This document shows, piece by piece, positions 1 through 9,736 of a stretch of DNA of 32,587 nt; the stretch's first letter is position 1, and the number at the start of each line of letters is the position of its first letter. A program made the position numbers and the translations under genes. A model generated the notes under the pieces. That model was not told the origin of the DNA. It saw only the letters and a list, made by a program, of their open reading frames with translations, and ran no database searches. The stretch spans positions 1 through 32,587 of IMG/VR virus record IMGVR_UViG_3300038520_002558, one strand, 5' to 3'. Origin of the DNA: a virus. Taxonomy: Duplodnaviria > Caudoviricetes.

Positions 1-13
1 GGTCGTTCGTGCG
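1..13 (+). repeat. Left copy of 13-nt terminal direct repeat GGTCGTTCGTGCG (candidate cohesive end/cosN)
   Basis: Identical to 32575-32587. Followed by CGCGTTTTTT, then an AT-rich stretch and TerS. Confidence 0.85.
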
Positions 14-131
14 CGCGTTTTTTATCTAGGCACGACGGCCAACATTTCTAAACGGCTTAGCAGGCACTATGGCCTCAAGCTTTTAAGTGTTTTAGTCTTA
101 TTTTACTTAAGTTAAAAGCCGCTAAAGCGGA

Positions 132-635
132 ATGCTGATCAGTAAAAGCGAAGCAGCAACAGTGTTAGGGGTTAGTCCAGCTGCTATCACTCACGCGATC
201 AAGAAAGGGCGCGTTGTTCCAGTAGAGCGTGACGGAAAGCAATGGATTGACGGCGAGACGCTGAGAGAACAGTGGGGCAATGCGCGAAGTCGGATGCGCA
301 ATGTGAACTCACGGGTTCCAAGGCCTGGGGGTGTTGGGGATGTAGGAAAAGTCTCTAGAGCTGCGGAAGATCTGCCGGATTACAACGAAAGCCGCGCACG
401 GACTGAGTGGCTGAAGGCTGAGCTAATGGAGCTTGAGAGAGCAGAGAAGGAAGGCGAGCTGGTGCGTGCTGATGAGGTGTCGAAGGCGTGGGGTGACTTA
501 GTTGCGATAACGCGGACCAAGATGATGGCGGTTCCGTCGAAGGCTAAACAGCGCATACCGGAGATCCCGGCGGATGCGTTCGTGGCGCTTGAACAAATTG
601 TGCGTGAAGCTTTGGAGGATCTGGCTAATGGCTGA
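132..635 (+). CDS. terS: Terminase small subunit (lambda gpNu1-like)
   Basis: N-terminal HTH-like segment (SEAATVLGVSPAAITHAIKKGR), helical ESRARTEWLKAELMELE...EGELV segment, directly upstream of TerL. Confidence 0.85.
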   Translation: MLISKSEAATVLGVSPAAITHAIKKGRVVPVERDGKQWIDGETLREQWGNARSRMRNVNSRVPRPGGVGDVGKVSRAAEDLPDYNESRARTEWLKAELMELERAEKEGELVRADEVSKAWGDLVAITRTKMMAVPSKAKQRIPEIPADAFVALEQIVREALEDLANG

Positions 636-2493
636 CATTGCTGAGCTGATGCGTGGAGCTTTAGAGGCGTTCCGTCCGCCGGAGAAGCTGACGCTTAGTG
701 AGTGGGCTGATCGTTATGCGTTCTTGTCTGCTGAATCGAGCGCGGAAGCTGGCCGATGGCACACGCTGCCGTATCAGAAAGGAATGATGGACGCAGTGAC
801 TGATCCGGCTGTGGAGCAGATCACGGTGATGAAGTCAGCGCGTGTGGGTTACACCAAGATGGTCAACCACGCGATTGGTTATCACGTCCATCAGGACGCT
901 TGCCCAATCATGGTTGTGCAGCCGACTGTGGAGGACGCGCAGGGTTACTCGAAAGAAGAGATCGCCCCGATGTTGAGGGACACGCCTTGTCTAGCTGGCT
1001 TGGTGAGTGAGTCGAAAGCAAAGGACGGGAACAACACGATTCTGCAGAAAAATTTCCCCGGCGGCACGTTGTCGCTGGTGGGGGCGAACTCACCGCGTGG
1101 CTTCAGGCGTGTGAGTAGGCGTGTTGTTTTGTTTGATGAGGTTGACGGTTATCCGGCATCAGCAGGATCTGAGGGTGATCAAATCAAGCTGGGCATTAAG
1201 CGGACTGAGTATTACTGGAACCGCAAGATCATTGCCGGCAGCACACCAACGGTCAAGGACTTCAGCCGCATCGAGCGGATGTTTGAGGAGTCAGATCAGC
1301 GCCGTTACTACTGCCCTTGTCCAGATTGTGGCCACATGCAATATCTGAAGTGGGCAAATATCCGGTGGACTGACAACGATCCTGAGACTGCGGCTTATGC
1401 GTGCGAGAGCTGCGGCACGTTGATCCCCCACAGCAAAAAACGGTGGATGGTTGAGCGCGGTGAGTGGCGCGCTACTGCGCCGGGCAACGGCAAGCACGCA
1501 GGGTTCCACATCTGGGCGGCGTACAGCTACAGCCCGAACGCGCGCTGGGCTGATCTAGTCGCTGAGTTTTTAGAGGCCAAGTCAAACCCTGAGCAGCTGC
1601 GAGTGTGGATCAACACGACGCTCGGTCAAACGTGGTCAGACGATTACAGCAGCGCGATGAGTGCTGAGGTTTTACTTGAGCGCTGTGAGGATTATCAGGA
1701 GGGAATTTTGCCGGCTGGGGTGCTGGCGGTCACGATCGGCGTTGACGTGCAGGGTGGTGGCGGAACGCTTGGGGAAAGATTGGCAATCAGCGTGTGGGGC
1801 TGGGGTCGGAAGGAAGAAGGCTGGCTGATTCAGTACGTCGAGATTGCAGGAGACCCGACGCGGTCTGAGGTTTGGAAGCGGCTCGATGAGTTTGTGATGC
1901 GCCGTTGGCCGCATGAGCTAGGCGGCAGCTTGAAGGCTGACTTCACTGCTGTTGACTCAGGTGGTTTAGCTACCTCCGAGGTTTATCAGTACGCCAGGGA
2001 GCGAAAGGCGCATGGTGTCATTGCGATCAAAGGTCAGAGTCAGCGGGACAAGCCGCCTATCGGCAAGGCGACAAGGGTGGACATAAATGCAAAAGGCAAG
2101 ACGTTAAAGAAAGGGGCGAGCTTGTTCCCTGTTGGCGTTCACAACATTAAAAACACAATGGCGGGCCGGCTGAAATACACAGAGCCAGGGGAAGGTTATT
2201 TGCATTTCCACGCGACAACTGGAGAGGAGTTTTTCAAGATGCTTACGGCTGAGGCGCAGAAGATTAAATTTGTCAACGGATTCCCGCAGCGGATCTGGGT
2301 AAAGAAAGGCGGTGCTCGGAATGAATCATGGGATGGCTTGATTTATTGCTACGCCTGTTTGCAGTTGCTTTACCGCAAATACGATCGACGAACGATTTGG
2401 GATCAGTTGGAAAAGCGCCTTGAACAGCCGCTAAGATCGAAGGAAGTAAAGGCGAAGCCGGCTGCCTCGTCGTCGTTCGTAAGCAACTGGTGA
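628..2493 (+). CDS. terL: Terminase large subunit (lambda gpA family)
   Basis: Motifs LSEWAD, MKSARVGYT (Walker A), VLFDEVD (Walker B), GSTPT, CPDCG/CESCG, GVDVQ. Start moved to ATG 628 (GGAGG at 614-618). Confidence 0.96.
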   Translation: MADIAELMRGALEAFRPPEKLTLSEWADRYAFLSAESSAEAGRWHTLPYQKGMMDAVTDPAVEQITVMKSARVGYTKMVNHAIGYHVHQDACPIMVVQPTVEDAQGYSKEEIAPMLRDTPCLAGLVSESKAKDGNNTILQKNFPGGTLSLVGANSPRGFRRVSRRVVLFDEVDGYPASAGSEGDQIKLGIKRTEYYWNRKIIAGSTPTVKDFSRIERMFEESDQRRYYCPCPDCGHMQYLKWANIRWTDNDPETAAYACESCGTLIPHSKKRWMVERGEWRATAPGNGKHAGFHIWAAYSYSPNARWADLVAEFLEAKSNPEQLRVWINTTLGQTWSDDYSSAMSAEVLLERCEDYQEGILPAGVLAVTIGVDVQGGGGTLGERLAISVWGWGRKEEGWLIQYVEIAGDPTRSEVWKRLDEFVMRRWPHELGGSLKADFTAVDSGGLATSEVYQYARERKAHGVIAIKGQSQRDKPPIGKATRVDINAKGKTLKKGASLFPVGVHNIKNTMAGRLKYTEPGEGYLHFHATTGEEFFKMLTAEAQKIKFVNGFPQRIWVKKGGARNESWDGLIYCYACLQLLYRKYDRRTIWDQLEKRLEQPLRSKEVKAKPAASSSFVSNW

Positions 2494-2497
2494 AGCC

Positions 2498-3070
2498 GTG
2501 ACGCAACTACCGGACAAAATCAGGGCAGGCGACACGATCAAATGGCGTCACGATGCCAGCAGAGACAACCTCGGCAACTCGATCACTAGCAGTGATTACA
2601 CGCTGAAGTATTACTTCCGCACAAATACAAACAACGAAGGGCACACAGCCACAGGCACAGCCTTTGGCACGGGCTGGGAGTTCACCATTAGCGCATCTGA
2701 TTCTGATGGGTTTGATGCTGGTGACTGGTTTTTCCAAGCGGTTGCAACTAAAAACAGCGAGTCAGTAACCCTGACCACTGGCCGGCTCGAAGTGCTGGCT
2801 GGTTTGGATTACACCGGAACGCCAGCTGCACTCGATGACCGCACACAGGCAGAAAAAGATCTAGCCGCTGTTCAAAAGGCAATCAGAGATATTGCTAACG
2901 GCAACACCGTCAAGAGTTACAGCGTTGCAGGTCGCAGTCTGACTCGATATGAAATGTCAGATTTGATTGCTTTAGAAAGTAAGCTCAAGTTCGAGGTGCA
3001 GCGTGAGCGCCGCGCCGCGCTGATTGCTAATGGCAAAGGCGATCCATTTAACCTCTTTGTTCGTTTCTGA
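2498..3070 (+). CDS. Head completion/head-tail joining protein, gpW-like C-terminus with an N-terminal beta-rich domain
   Basis: Lies between TerL and portal. C-terminal VKSYSVAGRSLTRYEMSDLIAL resembles gpW-like proteins. Confidence 0.65.
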   Translation: MTQLPDKIRAGDTIKWRHDASRDNLGNSITSSDYTLKYYFRTNTNNEGHTATGTAFGTGWEFTISASDSDGFDAGDWFFQAVATKNSESVTLTTGRLEVLAGLDYTGTPAALDDRTQAEKDLAAVQKAIRDIANGNTVKSYSVAGRSLTRYEMSDLIALESKLKFEVQRERRAALIANGKGDPFNLFVRF

Positions 3071-4686
3071 TGAGCCTCGCAACTCGACTCTTTCGGGCTC
3101 TTGGTTATGAGCCACGACGTCCGAGGCGGCGTCAGTATGAAGGCGCGACGATGAGTCGGCTGACGTCTAGCTGGGTGACTAGCGGGACAAGTGCCGATGC
3201 CGAGGTGCATGGCAGCCTTGCCAGGCTGCGCAACCGCGCACGTCAACTTGTGCGGGACTCTGACTATGCACGGCAGGCTAAGCGCGCCGTTATGAACAAC
3301 GTCATCGGGACCGGGATCAAGCTGCAGGCGCAGGTCATGATGCAGCGCGGTGGTCGGCTTGACGAAGAGCTAAACAAGCGCATTGAAAAGGCTTGGAAAT
3401 ATTGGGGATATAAGAGCTATTGCGACGTTGCAGGTCGTCTGTGCTTTGCCGACATTGAGCGCATGATCGTTGGCGCTATGTGTGAGTCTGGCGAGGTATT
3501 CGTCAGAATTATTCGGCGCTCTTTTGGAGGCAGCAAGATTCCCTTTGCGCTGCAAATTTTTGAGAGCGATCAATTAGATGAGACCTACACAGGCAAAGCC
3601 AGCGTTGATGGCAATGAATGGCGCATGGGCGTTGAGGTCGACAAGTTTGGCCGCGCTGTGCGCTATGCGTTTTTGCAGAAGCATCCTGGGGATGCCCCGT
3701 TTAGCGGCACTGCAGCAAAGCGACACCTGATGTTGTCAGCTGACGAGGTGCTGCATCTATATGTTCAGGAACGGCCTGGTCAGACTCGTGGCGTGACTTG
3801 GTTTGCATCAGCAATCAAACGGCTGCATCACTTGGCTGGATATGAGGAAGCTGAGGTCATTCGCGCTCGCGCATCGTCCAGCCTGATGGGCTTCATCACC
3901 ACAACTGAGGGTGAGCTTGGCACTGCCGAGGAGGTCTATGACGGCGACCGCGTTGATTCGTTTGCCCCTGGCGTCTTTAAGTATTTGCAGCCCGGTGAGT
4001 CTGTAACTGTGCCCCAGCTGGACGCACCTGACGGGCAGTTTGAGCCGTTCACGCGCGGGATGCTCCGTGCTGTCGCTGCTGGCATTGGCACGAGTTACGA
4101 GAGCGTGAGCCGTGACTACAGCCAATCGAACTACAGCAGCAGCCGCCTGGCGATGCTGGAAGACCGCGACAACTGGCGATCAATTCAACGTTTTTTGATT
4201 GAAAACTTCCATCAGCCAGTGTTCAATATGTGGCTTGAGATGGCGGTGATGGGCGGTGCTCTTGATCTGCCTGCTTATGAGGCAAACCCTGACCGCTTCC
4301 GGATGGTCAAATGGTGTCCGCGAGCTTATGGCTACGTAGATCCGCAGAAAGAGGTTGCCGCTTACAAGGCAGCAGTGCGGTGCGGATTCAAAACGCTGGC
4401 TGATGTTGTCGCTGAGCAGGGCGGCGACCTAGATGATCTCCTCAAGCAACGTCAGGCAGAGCTTGCGATGCTCGATGAGATGAACATTGTTCTTGATACT
4501 GATCCCAGCGAGGTCAATGGTGGTGGCGGTGTTCAGCCTGGCTTAGGCATGGGCGCTATTCCAGCTTTTGACGACACTGAGCGACCGGGAGAGCAAGAGC
4601 AGCAAGAGCCTGAGGTTGAGGAGATTCCTGTGGAACAGGTTGAGCCTGTAGCTGAGCAGGAGGTGCCAGAAGATGGCGACGATTGA
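3070..4686 (+). CDS. Portal protein, lambda family
   Basis: Motifs LRNRARQLVR, VIGTGIK, RPGQTRGV, DYSQSNYSSSR, VDPQKEV. Acidic C-terminal tail. Confidence 0.95.
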   Translation: MSLATRLFRALGYEPRRPRRRQYEGATMSRLTSSWVTSGTSADAEVHGSLARLRNRARQLVRDSDYARQAKRAVMNNVIGTGIKLQAQVMMQRGGRLDEELNKRIEKAWKYWGYKSYCDVAGRLCFADIERMIVGAMCESGEVFVRIIRRSFGGSKIPFALQIFESDQLDETYTGKASVDGNEWRMGVEVDKFGRAVRYAFLQKHPGDAPFSGTAAKRHLMLSADEVLHLYVQERPGQTRGVTWFASAIKRLHHLAGYEEAEVIRARASSSLMGFITTTEGELGTAEEVYDGDRVDSFAPGVFKYLQPGESVTVPQLDAPDGQFEPFTRGMLRAVAAGIGTSYESVSRDYSQSNYSSSRLAMLEDRDNWRSIQRFLIENFHQPVFNMWLEMAVMGGALDLPAYEANPDRFRMVKWCPRAYGYVDPQKEVAAYKAAVRCGFKTLADVVAEQGGDLDDLLKQRQAELAMLDEMNIVLDTDPSEVNGGGGVQPGLGMGAIPAFDDTERPGEQEQQEPEVEEIPVEQVEPVAEQEVPEDGDD

Positions 4687-7147
4687 AGGGGTTGAGATCG
4701 ATTTGATGCCCACAAAGGGCATGAAGGAAGAAGCGCAGCGTTATCGCGACTGGAAAGCTGATGGCGAGGCGGGCGGCACTGAAGTTGCAGCCCGCAGGGC
4801 CACGCAGATTTTGAGCGGTGATGAGTTAAGCGCCGACACTGTGATTGCCATGAACGCTTGGTTCGCTCGCCACGAAGTGGACAAACAAGGTGAAGGTTTT
4901 AGCCAAGGGGAGGACGGCTATCCTTCGCCCGGCAGAGTTGCATGGGCAGCATGGGGTGGTGACGCTGGAATGAGGTGGAGTGCCGGCAAAGCAGATAGAA
5001 TCAAGGCAATTCGTGATAGGAGCATGGACACGAATCGGGCTGAACCTGGCGAATTATCTGTTGGCGATTTTGTTCAATGGAATTCATCAGGCGGCCAAGC
5101 AAAAGGCAAGATTGACCGCATTGAGCGTGATGGCTCAATCAACGTCCCGGATTCAGAATTCACCATCAACGGTGACGAGGACGACCCCGCTGCCTTGATC
5201 ACTGTTTACCGCGAAGGCGACGAAGGCTGGGAGGAGACTGATGTGCAGGTTGGCCATCGGTTCTCAGCGTTGACCAAGATTCCGGCATTGCGCTGGCTTG
5301 AGGGCAAGACCTACAAGCGCAGCGAGACCACGACCTTTGATGAGGTTGAGGATCGGACTTATCAGTTTCCGTTTTCCTCTGAGTTTCCGGTTGAGCGCTA
5401 TTTCGGCAGCGAAATTCTTAGTCACGACGAAGGCGCAGCTGATCTCGACCGTCTGAATGACAGCGCACCGCTGTTGTTCAATCACGACCCTGATCGTGTG
5501 ATTGGGGTTGTTGAGCGTGCCTACATCGACAAGAAAAAACGTCGCGGATACACGCAAGTGCGGTTCAGCCGCAATGAATTCGCTCAGGAAGTTCTGAGCG
5601 ATGTGAAAGATGGCATCCTTAGAAATGTCTCTTTCGGCTACTCCATTGACAAAATGGAGGAGCGAGAAGGTGGCGACTTTGTTGCCACATCTTGGAGACC
5701 CTATGAGGTTTCGGTTGTTTCGATCCCCGCTGATCCGGGGGTCGGGATCGGCCGTTCCTTAGTGGACTCCGAACCTGCAAAAGCTGCTCCGGCAGCACCT
5801 ACCCAAACTGTTCCTGAAATGGAAAACACTGCACCTGATCTGCAGCAGGTGCGGGCCGAAGCCGCTGAGGCTGAGCGTTCCCGCATCGCTGGTATTTCTG
5901 CCCTTTGCTCTAAGCACAACTTTGAAGACTTGGGCCGCCAGCTCATCGAGTCTGGCCGTTCCATCGATGAAGCCCGCGCTGCCGTACTGGAAAAGCTCGG
6001 CGCTAAGCCTGTTGAAACTGTCAAGCCTGTTGAGCTTGAGCAGCGTGATCACAGCAACTACCAGATTGCTGACGGTCTCCGTGCAATGCTGACCGGCGAC
6101 TGGTCTTCACGCGGTGCCGGACTGGTTCGCGAACTAAGCCAGGAAGTCATGCGCAGTTCTGGCGTTTCTGCCAGCTCTGAGCGTTCTTTCTACGTTCCGT
6201 TCAGCGCACTGACTCGCGCCACCTATGTCACCAGCGGTGCCACCACTGGCGGCAATTTGGTGCAAACCGATCTCCTGGCTGACGACTTCATCGAGGCTCT
6301 GCGTAATGCATCCCCGGTGATGGGCCTGGGCGTGCGCAGCATGACTGGCTTGGTCGGTGATGTAGCAATTCCTCGCCGCTCTGGTGTTGCTTCCACCTAC
6401 TACCTGAGCAGTGAGACAACTGCTATCACGCAGTCTGAGTCCACTTTCGATCAGGTGACGATGTCACCTAAGAATCTGGCAGCACTGTCTAAGTACAGCC
6501 GCCAAACTCTGATCCAGGCCACTCCTGGTATTGAGAGTCTGGTGCGTACTGACCTGACCGATGGCATCCTTGCTTCTTTGGATTCCGCGATTATTAACGG
6601 CTCAGGTTCCTCCGGTCAGCCCACTGGCATCCGGAACGTGTCGGGCATCGGCTCCGTCGCTATGGGCACTAACGGTGCTGCTTTGACGATGGAAAAGGTC
6701 GTTGACCTTGAAACTGAGATCTTGCAGGACAACGCATTGGTGGGTAACGCCATGGCGTATGTGACCAACGCCAAGGTGGTTGCTGGCTTGAAGAAACTGC
6801 GCGCTGGCGGTTCTTCTTCCACTGACGGTTCTTTCCTGTTCAACTCTGACCTGCAGGCCATCGGTCGCGGACCTACTCCGCTGACGCTTAACGGCTACCC
6901 CATCGCCACCACTAACGCCATTCCTTCAAACCTGACTAAGGGTTCCGGATCGAATCTCTCTGCTCTGGTTGCTGGTGACTTCAGCCAGGCAATGGTTGGC
7001 TTCTACGGCAACGGTCTTGAGATCGTTGTTGGTGAAGACAGCGATGACTTCGCCAAGGCTCTCAGCTCTGTTCGCGGCATCATTTCATTTGATGTTGCTG
7101 TCAGGCACGCTCAGTCCTTCGCGAGCATTGAAGACATCGTTGCTTGA
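4673..7147 (+). CDS. Fused head protein: accessory N-terminal domains + HK97-type prohead protease + scaffold + major capsid protein
   Basis: Protease motifs PLLFNHD, VSFGY, YEVSVVSIPAD. Scaffold-like AERSRIAGI...SIDEARAAVL. HK97-fold capsid motifs GGNLV, IINGSG..GQPTGI, LNGYP, GDFSQ. Confidence 0.92.
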   Translation: MATIEGVEIDLMPTKGMKEEAQRYRDWKADGEAGGTEVAARRATQILSGDELSADTVIAMNAWFARHEVDKQGEGFSQGEDGYPSPGRVAWAAWGGDAGMRWSAGKADRIKAIRDRSMDTNRAEPGELSVGDFVQWNSSGGQAKGKIDRIERDGSINVPDSEFTINGDEDDPAALITVYREGDEGWEETDVQVGHRFSALTKIPALRWLEGKTYKRSETTTFDEVEDRTYQFPFSSEFPVERYFGSEILSHDEGAADLDRLNDSAPLLFNHDPDRVIGVVERAYIDKKKRRGYTQVRFSRNEFAQEVLSDVKDGILRNVSFGYSIDKMEEREGGDFVATSWRPYEVSVVSIPADPGVGIGRSLVDSEPAKAAPAAPTQTVPEMENTAPDLQQVRAEAAEAERSRIAGISALCSKHNFEDLGRQLIESGRSIDEARAAVLEKLGAKPVETVKPVELEQRDHSNYQIADGLRAMLTGDWSSRGAGLVRELSQEVMRSSGVSASSERSFYVPFSALTRATYVTSGATTGGNLVQTDLLADDFIEALRNASPVMGLGVRSMTGLVGDVAIPRRSGVASTYYLSSETTAITQSESTFDQVTMSPKNLAALSKYSRQTLIQATPGIESLVRTDLTDGILASLDSAIINGSGSSGQPTGIRNVSGIGSVAMGTNGAALTMEKVVDLETEILQDNALVGNAMAYVTNAKVVAGLKKLRAGGSSSTDGSFLFNSDLQAIGRGPTPLTLNGYPIATTNAIPSNLTKGSGSNLSALVAGDFSQAMVGFYGNGLEIVVGEDSDDFAKALSSVRGIISFDVAVRHAQSFASIEDIVA

Positions 7148-7156
7148 TTCTGAGGA

Positions 7157-7183
7157 GGGGGCCGGCAACGGCCCCTTTTTTTT
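7157..7183 (+). terminator. Intrinsic terminator after capsid gene
   Basis: GGGGCCG-GCAA-CGGCCCC followed by T8. Confidence 0.9.
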
Positions 7184-7186
7184 CTT

Positions 7187-7369
7187 ATGAAAATCACCTG
7201 CACGAGAGGCGTCATGGCATCTGGCAAAGCCCTTGAGGCTGGCCAGACTTATGACGTGTCTGACAAAGACGGCGCTTTGCTGATCACAATGGGCAAAGCT
7301 GTCGAAGCAAAGGCCGTGGAGGCCAAGCCAAAACGCACCCGCAAACCTAAGGCTGATGGCGCTAGCTGA
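7187..7369 (+). CDS. Small basic head-associated protein (gpFI-like position)
   Basis: 60 aa, directly after the capsid gene, with a K/R-rich C-terminal tail. Confidence 0.6.
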   Translation: MKITCTRGVMASGKALEAGQTYDVSDKDGALLITMGKAVEAKAVEAKPKRTRKPKADGAS

Positions 7370-7649
7370 ATTTTTAAGCAACGACCTAGACGTTTTTTTC
7401 GACGATCCTTTCGGCGTGTCTGCAACAGCAGGTGCAACGACGGGAAAGGTTTTGTTTGATCAGCCTGATCAAGTCTTAGCCGGTGGCATGGTCCTCTCTA
7501 CGGATTATCAGGTCACGGCTAAGGCTTCTGAATTTGGATCACTGACAGCAGATGATGCAATTACTGTTGATTCAGTCAATTACACGGTGAGAGAGACGCG
7601 CTTACTAGGGGACGGGCTGCTCTGTGAAATTACGCTCCAGAAGACATGA
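7356..7649 (+). CDS. Head-tail joining protein (gpFII-like)
   Basis: Size and position. Beta-rich, with a DAITVDSVNYTVRE...DG...ITL pattern. Confidence 0.7.
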   Translation: MALAEFLSNDLDVFFDDPFGVSATAGATTGKVLFDQPDQVLAGGMVLSTDYQVTAKASEFGSLTADDAITVDSVNYTVRETRLLGDGLLCEITLQKT

Positions 7650-8074
7650 CGACTAAGCGCGAATCAATTCTGGCTGATATTGCCTCAAGTCTTGCAGGCA
7701 CAGTTCAAGTCAGTACGCGCATATATCGCAGCCGTGTTGTGCCGCTGAGTCGCGGTGAGTCGCCAGCGATTGTGATCGAACCCACCAGTGATACGCCTGA
7801 ATACAGCCTGAGGTTAGACCGTCTCGATTGGAGCCTAGGTGTTCGTATCTCGATCATTGTGCGTTCATCTGTTCCTGACCAAGCGGCTGATCCGATTGTT
7901 GAGGACGTTCACAGCAAGATGATGAATGACCTGACCGCAGGCGGTTACGCAATCGATGTTGAGCCAGGATCAACGAGTTTTGAGCAGATTGATGCTGATC
8001 AACCTGCTGGCGTTATTGGCATGGATTTTGTTGTGAAATACCGGACTCTGTTAACAGATCTCAGCTCTGGTTGA
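7646..8074 (+). CDS. Tail terminator (gpU-like)
   Basis: MTTKRESI start, RIYRSRVVPL...PAIVI motif, lies just before the tail tube gene. Confidence 0.65.
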   Translation: MTTKRESILADIASSLAGTVQVSTRIYRSRVVPLSRGESPAIVIEPTSDTPEYSLRLDRLDWSLGVRISIIVRSSVPDQAADPIVEDVHSKMMNDLTAGGYAIDVEPGSTSFEQIDADQPAGVIGMDFVVKYRTLLTDLSSG

Positions 8075-8113
8075 CCTTGCTAAGATCGACCTAGGACACC
8101 CTGCTGGCTAGTC

Positions 8114-9052
8114 ATGCCACTGCTATCGCGTAAGAAGCTGCTGCTAGCCAAGCTCGAGTCAACTTATGGAACTGACCCGACGCCAACTGTTGGTAATGAT
8201 GCTATTGAGGTCCGCAATGTTGAGGTGACACCTCTTGAGGTCGAAACAGTCAATCGCGAACTGATTCGGCCGTTCTTGGGTCATCCTGATCAGTTATTGG
8301 CACAGCAACGAGTGCTGATCAACTTTGAGGTTGAGTTAGCCGGCTCCGGCTCTGCTGGCACTGCGCCGGCTTATGGGCCTTTACTCCAAGCTTGCCGCTG
8401 TACGGAAACTGTCGTTAGTTCGACAAGCGTCACTTATGCGCCAAACAGCGACGCTACGCCAAAGTCTGCGACCGTTTATTTCAACAATGACGGTGTTTTG
8501 CATAAAGCGACGGGCTGTCGCGGAACCTTTACCCTGAACGCAGAGGTTGGAGCTATCCCGTTCATCTCTTTTGAAATGACTGGTGTGTTCGTTGCGCCGA
8601 CTGACGTTGCAATCAGTGCGCCGACCTATGCAGATCAAGCGGATCCGCTTGTTTTTAAGAATGGCAACTCTTCAAGCTTCCAAGTGTTCAGCTATAGCGG
8701 CGCTTTACAGTCTTTGAGCTTTGAGCTGTCTAATGAGGTGATCTATCGCGAGCTTGTTGGAGGGTCAAAGAGCATTGATGTTGTCGATCGCGCTCCATCT
8801 GGCGACTGTGTGATTGAGGCGACAACCATCGCACAGAAGGATTTCTTCACTGCAGCCACAAGTAGCAGCACAGGAAACCTTACATTCCAGCATGGGACCA
8901 CTGCTGGCAACATTGCCACATTTACCGCTTCACAAATTGACCTTGGCGGTCCTACTTATACCGATCAAGACGGCATTCAGATGCTAAATTTGCCATACAT
9001 TGCCACGCCTACATCGGCGGGCAATAATGAATTCAGTTTGGTCTACACCTGA
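8114..9052 (+). CDS. Major tail tube protein
   Basis: 312 aa, S/T-rich, LLAKLESTYGTD start, precedes chaperone and tape measure. Confidence 0.8.
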   Translation: MPLLSRKKLLLAKLESTYGTDPTPTVGNDAIEVRNVEVTPLEVETVNRELIRPFLGHPDQLLAQQRVLINFEVELAGSGSAGTAPAYGPLLQACRCTETVVSSTSVTYAPNSDATPKSATVYFNNDGVLHKATGCRGTFTLNAEVGAIPFISFEMTGVFVAPTDVAISAPTYADQADPLVFKNGNSSSFQVFSYSGALQSLSFELSNEVIYRELVGGSKSIDVVDRAPSGDCVIEATTIAQKDFFTAATSSSTGNLTFQHGTTAGNIATFTASQIDLGGPTYTDQDGIQMLNLPYIATPTSAGNNEFSLVYT

Positions 9053-9414
9053 TGGCGCTTGTCCTCAAGGACTCTGATTCGTACAGCTGGCCGATTACTT
9101 ATCGGCAGCCTGTCTCTGGAGGTCGAAGGGAAAAGCAAGAGTTCGAGGCAGAGTTTAAGCGCTTGCCTCAATCTCGCATTACTGAGATTCAAGAGCTAGC
9201 TCAGCAGCGCATTGATGGCGTTGAGGTTGAGATCTCTGACGTCAGTATCGCTGATGAAATTGTTGTCGGATGGGAAGGAATCGTAGACGGTGAAGGTGAG
9301 CCTATCCCTTTTACGCGCCGCACAAAAGAGCAGTTGCTTGATCTGCCAATGATGGCAGGCACGTTAATCGAGGCTTATTTCAATTCTCTCGTGGAGGAAA
9401 AGCGGGGAAACTGA
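9052..9414 (+). CDS. Tail assembly chaperone (gpG-like)
   Basis: Position, VGWEGI.D..GEPIPF motif, ends in slippery G GGA AAC TGA. Confidence 0.85.
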   Translation: MALVLKDSDSYSWPITYRQPVSGGRREKQEFEAEFKRLPQSRITEIQELAQQRIDGVEVEISDVSIADEIVVGWEGIVDGEGEPIPFTRRTKEQLLDLPMMAGTLIEAYFNSLVEEKRGN

Positions 9415-9734
9415 TCGGCGCCGCTAAGTATTGGGCTAGCGGCGTTGAAATTGATGACACAGAAGAAGACGCAAAGGTGTTCGGCCTTGAGATGCCAGAT
9501 AAAAAGCGCGTAAGTGACTTCGAGGTTGTGCCTTCTGCATGGCCTGCTGTGTTGTTGTTTTTGACGTTGCAGACCCAGTGGCGTGTTGGTTCTGCTGGGA
9601 TTGTGGGGTTGGACTACAACGCTGTGCGCTGGGTGTTTGAGTTGTACGAGGTCGCTGAGCCGCGAAAAATGCTCGATGATTTGCAGATCATCGAAGCTAC
9701 AGTGGTTGAGACACTAAATGAGCGCGAGAAATAG
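9405..9734 (+). CDS. -1 frameshift extension of tail chaperone (gpT part of gpGT), slippery site GGGAAAC at 9405-9411
   Basis: The -1 frame from 9405 is open (KLIGAAKYWASG...) and is the same frame as ORF 9477-9734 (TQWR...GLDY motif). Confidence 0.85.
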   Translation, partial: GKLIGAAKYWASGVEIDDTEEDAKVFGLEMPDKKRVSDFEVVPSAWPAVLLFLTLQTQWRVGSAGIVGLDYNAVRWVFELYEVAEPRKMLDDLQIIEATVVETLNEREK

Positions 9735-9736
9735 CC

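Noticed and set aside
4419-4430. Exact lambda cohesive-end 12-mer GGGCGGCGACCT
   Set aside because: It lies in portal coding sequence (Q-G-G-D-L) with no cosQ/cosB context. The real cos candidate is at the window ends, so this is probably chance.
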